DNA of 64,000 nucleotides from positions 1 through 64,000 of IMG/VR virus record IMGVR_UViG_3300024353_000005. One strand, 5' to 3'. The stretch is from a virus. Below the pieces are notes generated by a model, which was not told the DNA's origin, ran no database searches, and saw only the letters and a program-made list of their open reading frames with translations. The position numbers and the translations under genes were made by a program. Shown here piece by piece: positions 21,143-32,400 of this stretch. Within the stretch, counting starts at the first letter, position 1. Every line of letters begins with the position of its first letter.

Positions 21143-21433
21143 TTATTTCCTACCTGTGGTCTCATTCTTGGACTTTTTCTGCTTCTTATCCTTTTCAATT
21201 CTTTCCTTCGCCAGCTTATGTTGTTCTAAAAGGTCTACTTTACCTAATGTTGTTCCTTCCTCTTCTTCTTTCTTTTTAATTTTAAACCTTGGAGGATTAA
21301 ACTTAGGTAAACCATATGCACCCATCTCTTTTAGCCAATTCCGTTCCCTGATGGCCTTTGACAATCTTTCATGTCTTTTTAATACTGAACGAGCCTTCTG
21401 TCTTCTTCGTTTTAAGGATTTATGCAAACTCAT
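21143..21433 (-). CDS. PVC-superphylum signature small basic protein homolog
   Basis: MSLHKSLK...RSVLKRHERL......W......GLPK matches the Planctomycetes/Verrucomicrobia/Chlamydiae signature protein pattern. Confidence 0.75.
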   Translation of the reverse strand: MSLHKSLKRRRQKARSVLKRHERLSKAIRERNWLKEMGAYGLPKFNPPRFKIKKKEEEEGTTLGKVDLLEQHKLAKERIEKDKKQKKSKNETTGRK

Positions 21434-21842
21434 TTGATATTCTCCATTTAATTTTCATCCCCAATATCCGCCATATCTCATGTCAATTGAGAACCATACT
21501 ATTTCAAGTGCAACCCAAACAAATTCTAATAAAAGAATAAATGCAGTAGTTATCTTAATGTATCTATCAGTAACTTTTCCATCTAATAAGAAGTAAAGAA
21601 ATCTTCCTATAAGACCCTTTTTCTGAAGTTTATATTTATTTCTTCTTCGTTTTTTTATTTTTCTTCTTGTTTTTCTTGGCATTGATAATTCCTCGTTTTT
21701 TCAAATAACGCATAACATCATCTACAATATACCAACGAATATCTCGCAAGCAATCATCTACAATTTCTGTAAGGTCTTGTTTAGTTTTACGGATATTTGT
21801 TAATCTTACTTTTTTTCTTGTCCGTAATTTGGGATGTTTCAT

Positions 21843-22136
21843 TTATTTACCTTTCGCAGTATCATTCTTTTTCCTTCTTTCCAATTCCTTAAGATTTAAT
21901 ATTTTCAAGCCTTCTTCACGAAGATTACCCGCTACTAAATCCACATCTTTATCGGAAGTCCCTAGATGTTTGATTTCGCCTTTCCTCTTTTCTAAAATTT
22001 CCTTAAACTCCTCAGTCATCGAATCTCCAGCCTTCTTACCATGCTTCATAGCCAATTCGTATATTTCCATATAGATTTCGGGAGTCATAAGCCATACATC
22101 ATTTGCCATTATACTCTCCCTTATTCCATTTGTCAT
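21843..22136 (-). CDS. hypothetical protein
   Basis: 97-aa ORF in packed operon. Confidence 0.5.
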   Translation of the reverse strand: MTNGIRESIMANDVWLMTPEIYMEIYELAMKHGKKAGDSMTEEFKEILEKRKGEIKHLGTSDKDVDLVAGNLREEGLKILNLKELERRKKNDTAKGK

Positions 22137-22557
22137 AAATCTTCTTCAATTTGGCTTGCAGATAGGTATTGCCTATGTTCTGCATACAGAACTCATCAAT
22201 TTTATAGAATAGTTTTTGGGCATCTACCAATTGCTTTTTATAGGCTTCTGCTATATCTTTCCAGTAGTCTGGGACTTTACTATTATCAACCATATAAATT
22301 GGTCTATGGCAATTTGGACATTTTATTTTATATTCCTGCAAAACTGGCTTTGATAAATCTAAAGATTCGCCCTCAAAAATACTCATCTAATCCTCCTCAT
22401 AAAATACAATATCGCCAGTTTCTGGGTCATTATATCTTATCGCCTTTGGGTTGTTTATAACATTTTTACCTATGAGCATCCCTATCAAAGATTTGAAAGG
22501 CGAGGTTACTATATCTAATTCACTTATTCTTGCTAATATTTTCATTTCGTCCTCTTT

Positions 22558-22932
22558 TTAACTAAATTCGTAACTAGCAAATTCAAAACCATCTATATCC
22601 ATTATCGTATCCTTTAAATACTCAAGGTTATAGGGAAAATTCTTTTTCATATAATTATTGTGGCTTCTATTCTTCTTATCTCTTTGGAGTTTTTGAACTA
22701 ATCTTATAAAACTATTTAAATTAATTTCTTCTCCATACTCATCAAATATTTTTCCGCCCCCTTCAATTTTTTCTTTTAACCATTTTTTCATTTGCTCCCA
22801 AGTTGTGTAAAATTTGCCATTATTATATTGCAAGTGAAATACCCAACCAAAACTATGTTTACCTAAATGCAAGGTATCATATCTTCTACATTCTTTACAT
22901 ATAGCAGTTCTCAAATAATAATTCGTTCCCAT
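22558..22932 (-). CDS. conserved phage hypothetical protein
   Basis: MGTNYY...HLGK.S.GW.F pattern. Confidence 0.6.
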   Translation of the reverse strand: MGTNYYLRTAICKECRRYDTLHLGKHSFGWVFHLQYNNGKFYTTWEQMKKWLKEKIEGGGKIFDEYGEEINLNSFIRLVQKLQRDKKNRSHNNYMKKNFPYNLEYLKDTIMDIDGFEFASYEFS

Positions 22933-23062
22933 TACATTTCTCCTTTTACCTTATAAGCAAAATATTTTACTAAATTTTTGAAGTCTTTTCTAACTCTCCA
23001 ACATCTTCTCAATCCTAATGCTCTATATCTATACCAAAATTGAAAAAATCTAATAGCCTCCA

Positions 23063-23665
23063 TTATATCTCCCGCTTCATTCTATAATTAAAAAACTTGA
23101 TAAGAATCCTATATGCCAGTTGTTCTGCCAGTTTCGGGTTTCCAGCGAATACAACTTTTATGTTGTGCTTTATCATGAGGCTAATTAAAGTGGCTACTAT
23201 TAGTTTAACACTTACCTCGCCTGGGACTTTTCTCATCTGGGCTAAATCCCTAAACGAGCCTTCTATCAGAAGAAACTTATATGGAATTTTTTCCATGCGT
23301 TCTATTTCTCGCATAAATCGTTCCCTGTCCCCAGCGAAGTTTCCGAAGAGTTCGTTTATCCTTTTTCGCTCAATAATAATCTCGTTTTCAAAACCCTCTA
23401 AACTATAATCACCTGTTACCAGTTTTTTCATAACTATTTTTGCTTCTGCCTCTTTACCCTTAAATAAGTAGCCACAATTTTCTCTGGTATCAGTAATTAT
23501 CACAGGGATATGAATCCCTTTCTTGCGTCGCTTTATCCGCTTAAGCCAGTCCTCGCATTTGTAGCTGGTAACTTTGGTATAAGGGCAGTGCCTCACTCTG
23601 TCAAGACCACAGATTTTGCCCTGATTCCAGTATTCGCATAATAGTTTTTCGGTTTTCTTTTTCAT
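23063..23665 (-). CDS. ERCC4/XPF-domain nuclease
   Basis: DTRE, GDY, IERK, LLIEG motifs. Confidence 0.85.
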   Translation of the reverse strand: MKKKTEKLLCEYWNQGKICGLDRVRHCPYTKVTSYKCEDWLKRIKRRKKGIHIPVIITDTRENCGYLFKGKEAEAKIVMKKLVTGDYSLEGFENEIIIERKRINELFGNFAGDRERFMREIERMEKIPYKFLLIEGSFRDLAQMRKVPGEVSVKLIVATLISLMIKHNIKVVFAGNPKLAEQLAYRILIKFFNYRMKREI

Positions 23666-24473
23666 TAGAATGGTGAGGTTATCTGTATTTCCTGTAGTTG
23701 CTTCCATCGATAGACTCTTCCACATTGGCACTGTAAAAGTTCTCCTGCTACAATAGGAAAGAGTAATAACTCCCTTTTATTAGGTTTGTATCTAATATCC
23801 AATAATTTCATTTTTCTTGAATGAGTATGACAAATTGGACATCTATAATTAGATATTGAGACCCATTGAGTTTTCATTTTTATCCCAACCTATTCTGGTC
23901 GTTTATCCAAAGGCAAAGATCGTTTCATCTGTTCGACATATTCATCCAGATAGCCCTTCACATAGGTAATCATATCAAAGCCAAGTTGAAAGGTGGCGAT
24001 TTCTTGATAGTCGTCTTTGACCTTTTCCTCCACTATATACCGCCCATTCTCCTGTGTAATCCTGATGACTTTGCCTATTGTGATGATGTTTTTTTCAGCC
24101 ATTTTCACACCTCTTTATATCCCTATACATTTTATTAATTTGTAAAATCGTCGATAAGCAAAAACCGCTTTTTCTACTTTCTTTATTAAATATTCTCTTT
24201 CACGTTTACTTTTACAATTTTTGACACAAAAACTATTTCCTCGACCATTTAATCTTAAAATTTGAATATTACTCATTTATTCCTCCTTTCTATGGTTTCA
24301 AAATAGTTTTCAATAACTCCATAGCCTCTTTTTTCTTGAAGCCTGCTTCTTGATATGCTTTATACATCTCATAAAGACCTTTAGCCATCTCATCTTTTAC
24401 TTTAAGTAAATTAGCTACAGCTTCCTGCATTTGTCGAAATTGAACATCTGTCATTTTATTATCCTTTCCAAAA

Positions 24474-24839
24474 TTATAGAATTTCCCCATATTCATTTAG
24501 CCGAGTTGTATCCTTTGGCTCTTCCACAGGAGCTGATGTTGGGATCGTTTCCAAGCCATCTATTTTGCCCTGCAAAATAACCAGTTCCTGCCTGATTTCC
24601 TCATACTTGGCATTGGTCGTTCCGACATCGCCTGCCACCTGCTCAACTTGCTTCTGAACAGAATCATTCAGCCTTCTCAAGAGCTGATGGACTGGGGTGT
24701 TACGCATTTCTTCACGATTTTGGGCTGTGTCGTGTTCGGGACACAGTTTCGCTATCGCCTTGTCTTCCACTGCTTCAACTAATGTGCCACAAACAAAACA
24801 TGGTATCTGTTTAGCCATTCTACACCTCCTTATCCTCAC
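24474..24839 (-). CDS. hypothetical protein (Cys/His motif plus coiled coil)
   Basis: CFVC...CPEH. Confidence 0.5.
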   Translation of the reverse strand: MRIRRCRMAKQIPCFVCGTLVEAVEDKAIAKLCPEHDTAQNREEMRNTPVHQLLRRLNDSVQKQVEQVAGDVGTTNAKYEEIRQELVILQGKIDGLETIPTSAPVEEPKDTTRLNEYGEIL

Positions 24840-25396
24840 TTAAATAAATTGTTGAAATGGACCGTGTTCCACAAATTTCTTTCTCTTTAAATACTCGAAT
24901 AACCTCACTACCTGTTCCATTATCGTAAGCTAAATATACAGGTAAGGCACCATCATATTTTTGTAATTCATATATAAGTTCAAGAACTGTCATTCATCCC
25001 CCTATCTATAAATAAATTTTTATCTGGTTTTCCCATAGTAGAATAATTATGATAATTGCCACACCTGTTACACCATATTTCTAATAAGTATTGTTGCTCA
25101 TAACCATATCCTAAATCACAACCATCATTATGACAATTTAATCTTTTAGTCAGAAACCATTTTAGTAGATGAAACATTCGCTAACCTATTCCTCTTTGTC
25201 TTCCAAGAAATTATTACATTTCCTGATATGGCTTGTAATCTTTATGATATATTGATTAGGATCTATATTTTCTATCATATCCAAAAGCTTCTTATACTTT
25301 GTATAGATTCCACAAGTATTGGCATGCTGGCACTTTTGGCATATACATCTATGAGAATCGATTACCACAGACTTTTTCAGCGACATGGCTACTACC

Positions 25397-25657
25397 CTAT
25401 CCTTCTTTATTGACTTTATACTTTCTTCCAGAATCTATCTTGCCTAAACCATGGCATACAGGACAAAGTTTCGTGCCATACATCTTTCTTCCAGCACCCG
25501 AAATGGTAACTGTTATCACTCGGCCTTCTTTACATCTTGAGCATTTTATATATACCCTCATGTCGTCATCTGTTATATTAACTTCTTGCTGCTTTTTCGT
25601 GCTGTGTATCTGTTCAGCAGGATTTCGTTTCCAGAATTTTCTAAACTTGATGATCAT
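25397..25657 (-). CDS. zinc-finger (DnaJ-CxxCxGxG-like) protein
   Basis: CSRCKEG...CPVCHGLG. Confidence 0.55.
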   Translation of the reverse strand: MIIKFRKFWKRNPAEQIHSTKKQQEVNITDDDMRVYIKCSRCKEGRVITVTISGAGRKMYGTKLCPVCHGLGKIDSGRKYKVNKEG

Positions 25658-26164
25658 TTACTTTCCTTTACTAACTCCACGAACATTAAATCCCTTGGTA
25701 AATTTAGCCCGTAGCAAAACCAAGCTGTTTGGAACCATGCTCCACTTCCCTTTCCAGAAGGGAGTTTCAAAATTGATCCTCTTGTTTGGTATTAGCAGTT
25801 GTATTCCATATTTTTTGTATAATTTACCTCTTTTTTTGCCCTCTAAAGCAGTTAGTGGCATAAGCAAAGCAAAAGGTTTTTCCAACTCATAACACCTAGC
25901 TAAAAATTTATCTTTAATTGAGTATGGTGGATTTGTAACTATACAATCACACTCTTTATAACTGTTTAAAAAATCAAAATCCTTATCACTCCCTATTACA
26001 TCAAACCCTTCACTTTTTAAAAAATTAAATAGATTTCCTTTCCCCCACGCACACTCCCATATAATCCACTCCCTTTTCAAATAAGGTAATAAGAAATCTA
26101 ATGCTATTTTAGGTGTTTGGAAATTATCGGGTCTTCCATTACTCTGAATTTTTAATTTTTTCAT
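25654..26164 (-). CDS. DNA adenine methyltransferase with +1 frameshift near 25760
   Basis: WECAWGKG, VTNPPY, RINF; a family-like C-terminus SGKGSGAWFQTAWFC appears only in the +1 frame and ends at TGA 25654. Confidence 0.75.
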
Positions 26165-26489
26165 CTTTATCCTTATAAAATTTTAGTAATAGGTAACACC
26201 AGACAGCAATTTTAATTATATCCCTTTCTCTCCTATCATTCTTGAATCTAATTAATCTTTTTAGTATATCACAAATAATAAAGCTCACATACCCATCTTC
26301 TCCCACAACCTGTGGCATAATGTCTATTGTTTCTGCCTTATCTTTTTCTGCTCCAGTATATTTATCTGTCCCTTGAAGTATAATACTTTTCATATGTCCT
26401 ATGAACTCATCGAAATAAGATAACTTTCTCGGAATATCCTTCTCTTTAGCTTGAATTTTTCTGCTTTTGTCCCTGTCATTTTTTAACAT
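26139..26489 (-). CDS. possible all-alpha NTP-pyrophosphohydrolase-like protein
   Basis: G..KY and DI.K pattern; weak. Confidence 0.3.
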   Translation of the reverse strand: MLKNDRDKSRKIQAKEKDIPRKLSYFDEFIGHMKSIILQGTDKYTGAEKDKAETIDIMPQVVGEDGYVSFIICDILKRLIRFKNDRRERDIIKIAVWCYLLLKFYKDKDEKIKNSE

Positions 26490-26740
26490 TCTTCAATCTC
26501 CTTTTCCAAAGGTTTCACAATATTATCAAACCTGTCCTTATCAACCTCTTTCGGAATCGCCTTTAATAAGTCTATCGAAAATTCTGTGTTTAATCTTTGC
26601 TGTCTTACTACATAGTCCATAATCATCTTCTTAAAATCATCTGGCTTATCGTTTTTTATGGTCTCTTATAATTTGCTCGTGAGGGCTGTGTAAGCCTTCT
26701 GGAATTTCTGTATCTGCTGGATTTTCTTAAGCCGTTTCAT
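26483..26740 (-). pseudogene. 86-codon ORF with one internal TAA
   Basis: MKRLKK...SKL*ETIKND...EEC*; TAA at 26666-26668; fills the gap between clpP and the next gene exactly. Confidence 0.55.
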
Positions 26741-27277
26741 TTACAATTCCTTATCAGCCAACCCATATTTTATGGCTTCTTTGGCAGTCAACCATTTTTC
26801 TTTAGCTTTGGCTTCTTCCAATATCTTTTTAGGCAAATCACTCCTATCCAAAACATAATCATCGTATAATTTCTCATATTGTTCAGCATTTAATATCCTT
26901 GATTTGACAAAACTTACATAGTCATTTGTACCGATAGAAACAGGATGTATCATAACAAAAGCCCGCTTAGAGATATATCGCCTTCCTTGAGTACCAGCCA
27001 ATAGAATAGGAAGGGCCATCGAACAGATTTCTCCGACACCGATAGTCTTAATAGAACATCTACATTTTTCCATAACATCGACAAGTGCCCAGCCATCGCC
27101 TGTAAATCCACCTGGACTATTAATATAAATAGTAATGGGTCTTCGCTTCCTATCCCTATCGAGTTCAAGAAGCCTCATAATAATCTTTTCAACACTCTCG
27201 CTGTTGATTTCCTTGAAAAGATGGAGAACACGGGATTTATCTCTTCGCTGTTTCTTATTTTTCCTCTTCTTGGTCAT
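26741..27277 (-). CDS. clpP: ClpP-like serine protease
   Basis: YINSPGG, ICSMA (catalytic Ser), MIHP, A.EA..YGLAD. Confidence 0.88.
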   Translation of the reverse strand: MTKKRKNKKQRRDKSRVLHLFKEINSESVEKIIMRLLELDRDRKRRPITIYINSPGGFTGDGWALVDVMEKCRCSIKTIGVGEICSMALPILLAGTQGRRYISKRAFVMIHPVSIGTNDYVSFVKSRILNAEQYEKLYDDYVLDRSDLPKKILEEAKAKEKWLTAKEAIKYGLADKEL

Positions 27278-27293
27278 TTTCTCTGCTTTCTTT

Positions 27294-27728
27294 TCATTTC
27301 TTATCTTTTTGTTTAATTATTTTAATTTGAACATATTTTAATTTTAAAGTTAAATAAATTGCTCCTGCACAAATTGTAGCCAATAAATATTCACCCATTC
27401 CACATAAAATTCCGATACCTACAATCGCCCAAAGTGTACTTGCTGTAGTAATACCCTCAATTTTCTTTTTATTAGTTATCATTACCCCACCACCGAGAAA
27501 GCCAACGCCTGCAATAGTATAAGCAATTATTCTTCCTAAATCATACTTAATCCCCTCAGAAGTAGGAACATCTCTCAAAATAAGTGAAATAATGGTGAAC
27601 ATAGTAGCACCAAGACAAATTAACATAGCATCTCTTAAACCCGCTGGTTTCTTTTGAGACTCTCGTTCCCACCCAATTAAGGCACTTAAAAGTAGACTTA
27701 AACCTATACCTATTAGATGATTAATCAT
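27294..27728 (-). CDS. MgtC/SapB family membrane protein
   Basis: IGWERE....PAGLR, RII.....GVGFLGGG, GITTA..W. Confidence 0.88.
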   Translation of the reverse strand: MINHLIGIGLSLLLSALIGWERESQKKPAGLRDAMLICLGATMFTIISLILRDVPTSEGIKYDLGRIIAYTIAGVGFLGGGVMITNKKKIEGITTASTLWAIVGIGILCGMGEYLLATICAGAIYLTLKLKYVQIKIIKQKDKK

Positions 27729-28375
27729 TTTTCACCTTTACCTTCTTTAACAGGCTTGTCTGGTTTTTGCTCGGATTTGAACTCTTCTAATGCTTTTTCA
27801 GCTTCTTTTTTGAGTGCTTTAAAATCCTTATAATCCTCTTTAATCGCTTCTAATGCTTGAGTAAAATTGGGATAGATTTTTCTTTGGTCAATAGGTTTGG
27901 TTTTGCCTCTACCCATTCTAACTATCCAAGAATTTTTGTCGAAAATAGATTCTTGCACAACTGTATAAATTGGAATACGATGCCTATAAGCATATGAGAG
28001 TTCGCTAATTGTCCCACCCATTTGGACTTTTTTGCCCTTACTATCGTGGAACTTTAAAAATACTATGATAAAATCACTTTTTTCAACACAATCCAAATCC
28101 ATATCTATTATTCTTTCCATCGCTGGGTCAAATTTATCCCAATGTCCCCCCTGTCTCCATCCCTGTAATACTTCTTTAACCTTTTCTAATGGAATATTTG
28201 GGTCAACATATCCTTTCAACTTCTCATTCTCCATTCGACAGGGATCTTGAATTACAATTTTAGAACCAAAATATTCAATCAGTTCTGGAGTAATCTTATC
28301 CCTCCACTGGACACCCCCATCTGGAATGTCCTCCATCGCCCCACACAAATAGGTAACCAATTTTTCGTCTATCAT
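27725..28375 (-). CDS. nucleoside 2-deoxyribosyltransferase-like protein
   Basis: YLCGAM, WR, DL..V..SD, GT.SEL..A. Confidence 0.7.
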   Translation of the reverse strand: MIDEKLVTYLCGAMEDIPDGGVQWRDKITPELIEYFGSKIVIQDPCRMENEKLKGYVDPNIPLEKVKEVLQGWRQGGHWDKFDPAMERIIDMDLDCVEKSDFIIVFLKFHDSKGKKVQMGGTISELSYAYRHRIPIYTVVQESIFDKNSWIVRMGRGKTKPIDQRKIYPNFTQALEAIKEDYKDFKALKKEAEKALEEFKSEQKPDKPVKEGKGEK

Positions 28376-29175
28376 TTTATATCCTTATTTCTAACTCGCA
28401 GATTTAACCGCCAAATTTCTTCCAATAAATATGGGCAATAACCTGCTTCCCTTGACCTGTAAATTAGTGCATTTAGGTCTTTTGGAAAGCAAACTCCACC
28501 AAATCCTAATTTACCATCTAAACCTGGCATTTTAATATTCGTTCCTATTCTTTTATCGTAACTTAAAACTTGCTCAATTATTTTATATTCTATTCCTAAT
28601 CGCCTACAAATTTGATATAACTCGTTGGCGAGTGCTATCTGCCCAGCCAGCATTATATTAGAGGCATATTTAACTATTTCAGCCTCGGCGAAAGTGACTC
28701 TGATAATTGGGATGTCTTTGAATACTTCACGATACATTTTTTCGAGTGTCTGAAAGATTTCATTTTTATCTGTGCCAATTACTATTCGTTTGGAATTGAG
28801 CATATCTTCATAGGCATATTTAGCCCTTAAAAACTCTGGGTTGTGTGCAAAATTAAATTGTGGAAATCTGCTAGCAAATCGTGTGGTCGTGCCTGGGACT
28901 ACTGTACTCTTGATAACGATTATCTTATTGGATTTGGTTAATCTTTGTATTTGTATTAGGGAGTCTTTTATATCTCTTAGGCCAATTCTACCGCTTCTCA
29001 ACATAGGCGTAGGAACTGCGATGAAAATAATCTGACAGTTATCCACCAATTCTTTGTCGGTAGATACTATTTCATCCTTCTTATACTTGTCATAGTAATA
29101 GACCCTGTGTGCCTGTTCAAGCACTTTGCCTGTTGCCGAGCCTACTATGCCAGTTCCCCAGATACCTATGTTCAT
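28372..29175 (-). CDS. UDP-glucose/GDP-mannose dehydrogenase family (lacks C-terminal domain)
   Basis: GTGIVG, VPTP, KSTVVPG, NPEFLR, AEIVKY..N, GFGGVCFPKD. Confidence 0.9.
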   Translation of the reverse strand: MNIGIWGTGIVGSATGKVLEQAHRVYYYDKYKKDEIVSTDKELVDNCQIIFIAVPTPMLRSGRIGLRDIKDSLIQIQRLTKSNKIIVIKSTVVPGTTTRFASRFPQFNFAHNPEFLRAKYAYEDMLNSKRIVIGTDKNEIFQTLEKMYREVFKDIPIIRVTFAEAEIVKYASNIMLAGQIALANELYQICRRLGIEYKIIEQVLSYDKRIGTNIKMPGLDGKLGFGGVCFPKDLNALIYRSREAGYCPYLLEEIWRLNLRVRNKDIK

Positions 29176-29453
29176 TTTACCACCCTTAAAGAATTTTGTG
29201 TAAAACAAATTGGACATATAGTATTACCACTTTCGTTATCTAAAAACCATTCAGTAAAATACTGCACTTTGCAGGCTAAACATTTAAAGAGTTTTCTATA
29301 TCCTTTGCCAATTTGGAAAACTTTAATCATTTTATTCTCTTTAATGTTAGTTCGTGAATATCCTTAATAAATTTCTTGATTTGATATACCACATACTTTC
29401 GTTCATCCCATAATCTAAGTAAAAACCATTTTAAATAATAAATAAATTTCATT

Positions 29454-32400
29454 TTATCCTCCTAATCTAACCAACCAACTTGTGTCCTTAAAAGTTTCTA
29501 TTCTTTGTTTCCCAAATATCTCATCAACTGCTTTCGTAACATCTGGTAAATACCCGTAATCGTGTCCACCAATCATTCCATTCGGCTTTATCTTTGGTAG
29601 CCAAGTTTCAATATCTTCTTTCACATTTTCATACTGGTGATTACCATCTATATAAACAAAATTAAAAGCCTTGTCCCCAGATTTTTTACTCTCTTTTGCA
29701 CTCTCGCCTTTTATTTTTATTACATTATTAAATTTCTTCATTCTAATATCAAAAGCCTGTTCTATTAATTCCATAGGATATTGTTGATAAAACGATTTAT
29801 CATCCCCATCATAGTAATTCTTCCAAGGGTCAATAGCATAAACTCTTTTACATTTCTTGGCGAATAGTTCGGTAGACTCCCCTATGTAACTTCCAACCTC
29901 TACCATAACACATTCCTTCGGCAATCCGCTAATCAGTTCTTGTAATCCTTCTTTTCCTCCTACAAAGTTCCTCACATACATCCCTTTTGGAATATCGCTT
30001 TCTTTTATTATTTTACTTTTTTCCACAGTCTTATCAGTAACCTCATAAAAATAAGTCAAATTATATGGGTTAAATTGCGCTGTAGATTTATAACCAAAAG
30101 ATGCTAAATAATTATCTATTCTTTGTTTCAAAATAGCCGATTTCGCTTCTATAAATAAGTATGGATGACATTTCTGCAAAGTCTTTTTAGCACCCTGTAA
30201 TACATTATACTCATAATCTTCAACATCTATTTTGATAAGTGATATTTCCTCATCTTTCAATACTTCATCAAGGGTAATCATTTTTATAGAGTTTCCCTCT
30301 TTTATATAAGTCCTTCCATCATATTCTATTCCTGATCCACTTGGGGATTTTTCTAAATCACAAAAACCTGCTTTCGCTCCCACAGCATAAGGAAAAACTT
30401 TAATGTCCCTCAACTTATTCATTTTTATATGATTTTCTAATACTTTTCTAACCTTATCATATGGCTCAAAAGCAAAAATTTTAGAGTGTGGACAAAATAA
30501 ACTAAAAAATATAGTATGATTTCCTATATTAGCCCCCACATCTACTATAACTTTATTTTTATCAAGCTTTAATTTTCTTGAGAACTCCAATAACTCCTCT
30601 TCATAGAAATTCCCATTCCACAAAAACCTCTGATTACTAACATCATTATTCGTAATAGATGTATCTATCCAAATTACCTTGTTGTAATTCTTTAATAGAA
30701 CTTCTCTTTTTTCAGCTAAGATTGCTTTCCATTTTCCATATTGCTCATTTTTAGTCAATATATTCGGCTTTGTTATATGTCCACCATTTTCGTGTGCCTC
30801 TAAAATCTCTCGCATAAATTTATCTTTATCATCTGTCAATAAATCGCTGTTTACGGCCTCTCTCAAAGCACCATAGCCTTTCGTGCAAAGTATATGAGTT
30901 CGGCAACCCAATATTTCCGCCAAATAAGGGGATACCCCAAATGTTTCTGGGAAATCGTTGACATAAAACATTCCTACCGAACTTGCTATCTCCCTTATTA
31001 CATCTTCTAATGTAGAGAGACTCCCTAAAAATACTATCCCAGCTTCCTTTAATTTTTGCTCGTTCACCTTATCATACCCAGGTGTGCAAACATATAACTT
31101 TGCACCTATAAATCGACCATCCTTTTTTAGTTCCGACCATAGTTTAATCGTGCTATCTAATCCTTTCACATTAGCACTTGCATAGATATATTTATTCTTA
31201 TCTTTCTCTGCTTTGTAATTATAAATCCAATCTGGAAGCCACAATTTTATCGTTTCAATATTCTTAACATATTTTTCGAAGAGAGATTTCTGCCAATCTG
31301 ATACTGTAATAAGAGTAGCGTTATCCTTATTTAAAGCCTCGAATAAATGCTTATGAGCAAGCGGTGGTGCATCGTGTGCCCATACAATAAGTCTTTTATA
31401 TTTAATTGGAGGCAAACTGCTATATCTAAAAACTATCAGGGTATCGCACTCGTAATTATAACAGTTATTATAGTTTTTCCACAATATTCTATCATGCACC
31501 TTTGGTTTATCAGTTCTAGAGAAAGCCAGCACTTTCTTTTCTTTAGCAAGCTCGGTTAGTAAAAGTGATGCTTCTAATATTGAAGCCCCGACCCCTCTCT
31601 CTTTCCAAGTTCTTGAGGTAAATGGTGTCGTAACATCATCGTAAAAGATAATATCATATTTTATAGGTTTCTTCTCTTTATAGTTAATCACAGCAAACTT
31701 TTTATTTGTAGTATTGTATTCAACATATTTCTTTCTTAATTTCTTTGATACATTTTCGAGTAATTGCTTTTCCATTCCACGATTTGTATCATCGATTAGT
31801 ATAGGAACTTTGGTATTAAATAATTTGAGATTTTCATAAAAACCCTTTCTTCCTATATACCCAGGTGGGCCATCTACTAATATTATGTCATACTTGGTCG
31901 GAAGTTCCTTTTTTAATATATCCACATCATACCAGCCATTTTTTATAGATGCATAAATATATTTAGCCCTATTTGTAAGATTAAGCCACTCTTTATCATG
32001 CTCCACAGAATATACTTTGTAGTCCTTCGCCAAATCTATTGTGCTTTTCCCACTTCCAAGTTCTAGTATGGTGCTTCCTCTTGGGATATTCCTTCTTATC
32101 CAATTATACATTTCCTTATCCATAGACCACTCTGAAATTTTGTTCAGTGAAAATTCTCGATTCTTTATATTCTGCTCTTTAATAGATTTAGGAATTCCTG
32201 TCATAGAATCTATCCTATTACATACCCTAATCGACTCCGCATATTTTCCTACATAATAAAGAGCAATTGAATACTCAAACAACATCAAATAACTGTAGAT
32301 ATTCTGCTCAACGAATAACACATCTAATTTGGGATATTTTATTCCGATTCCTATTCTGGAGAACTCGTATGCCAGTTGCCTCTGTCCAAGATTGCGATAT

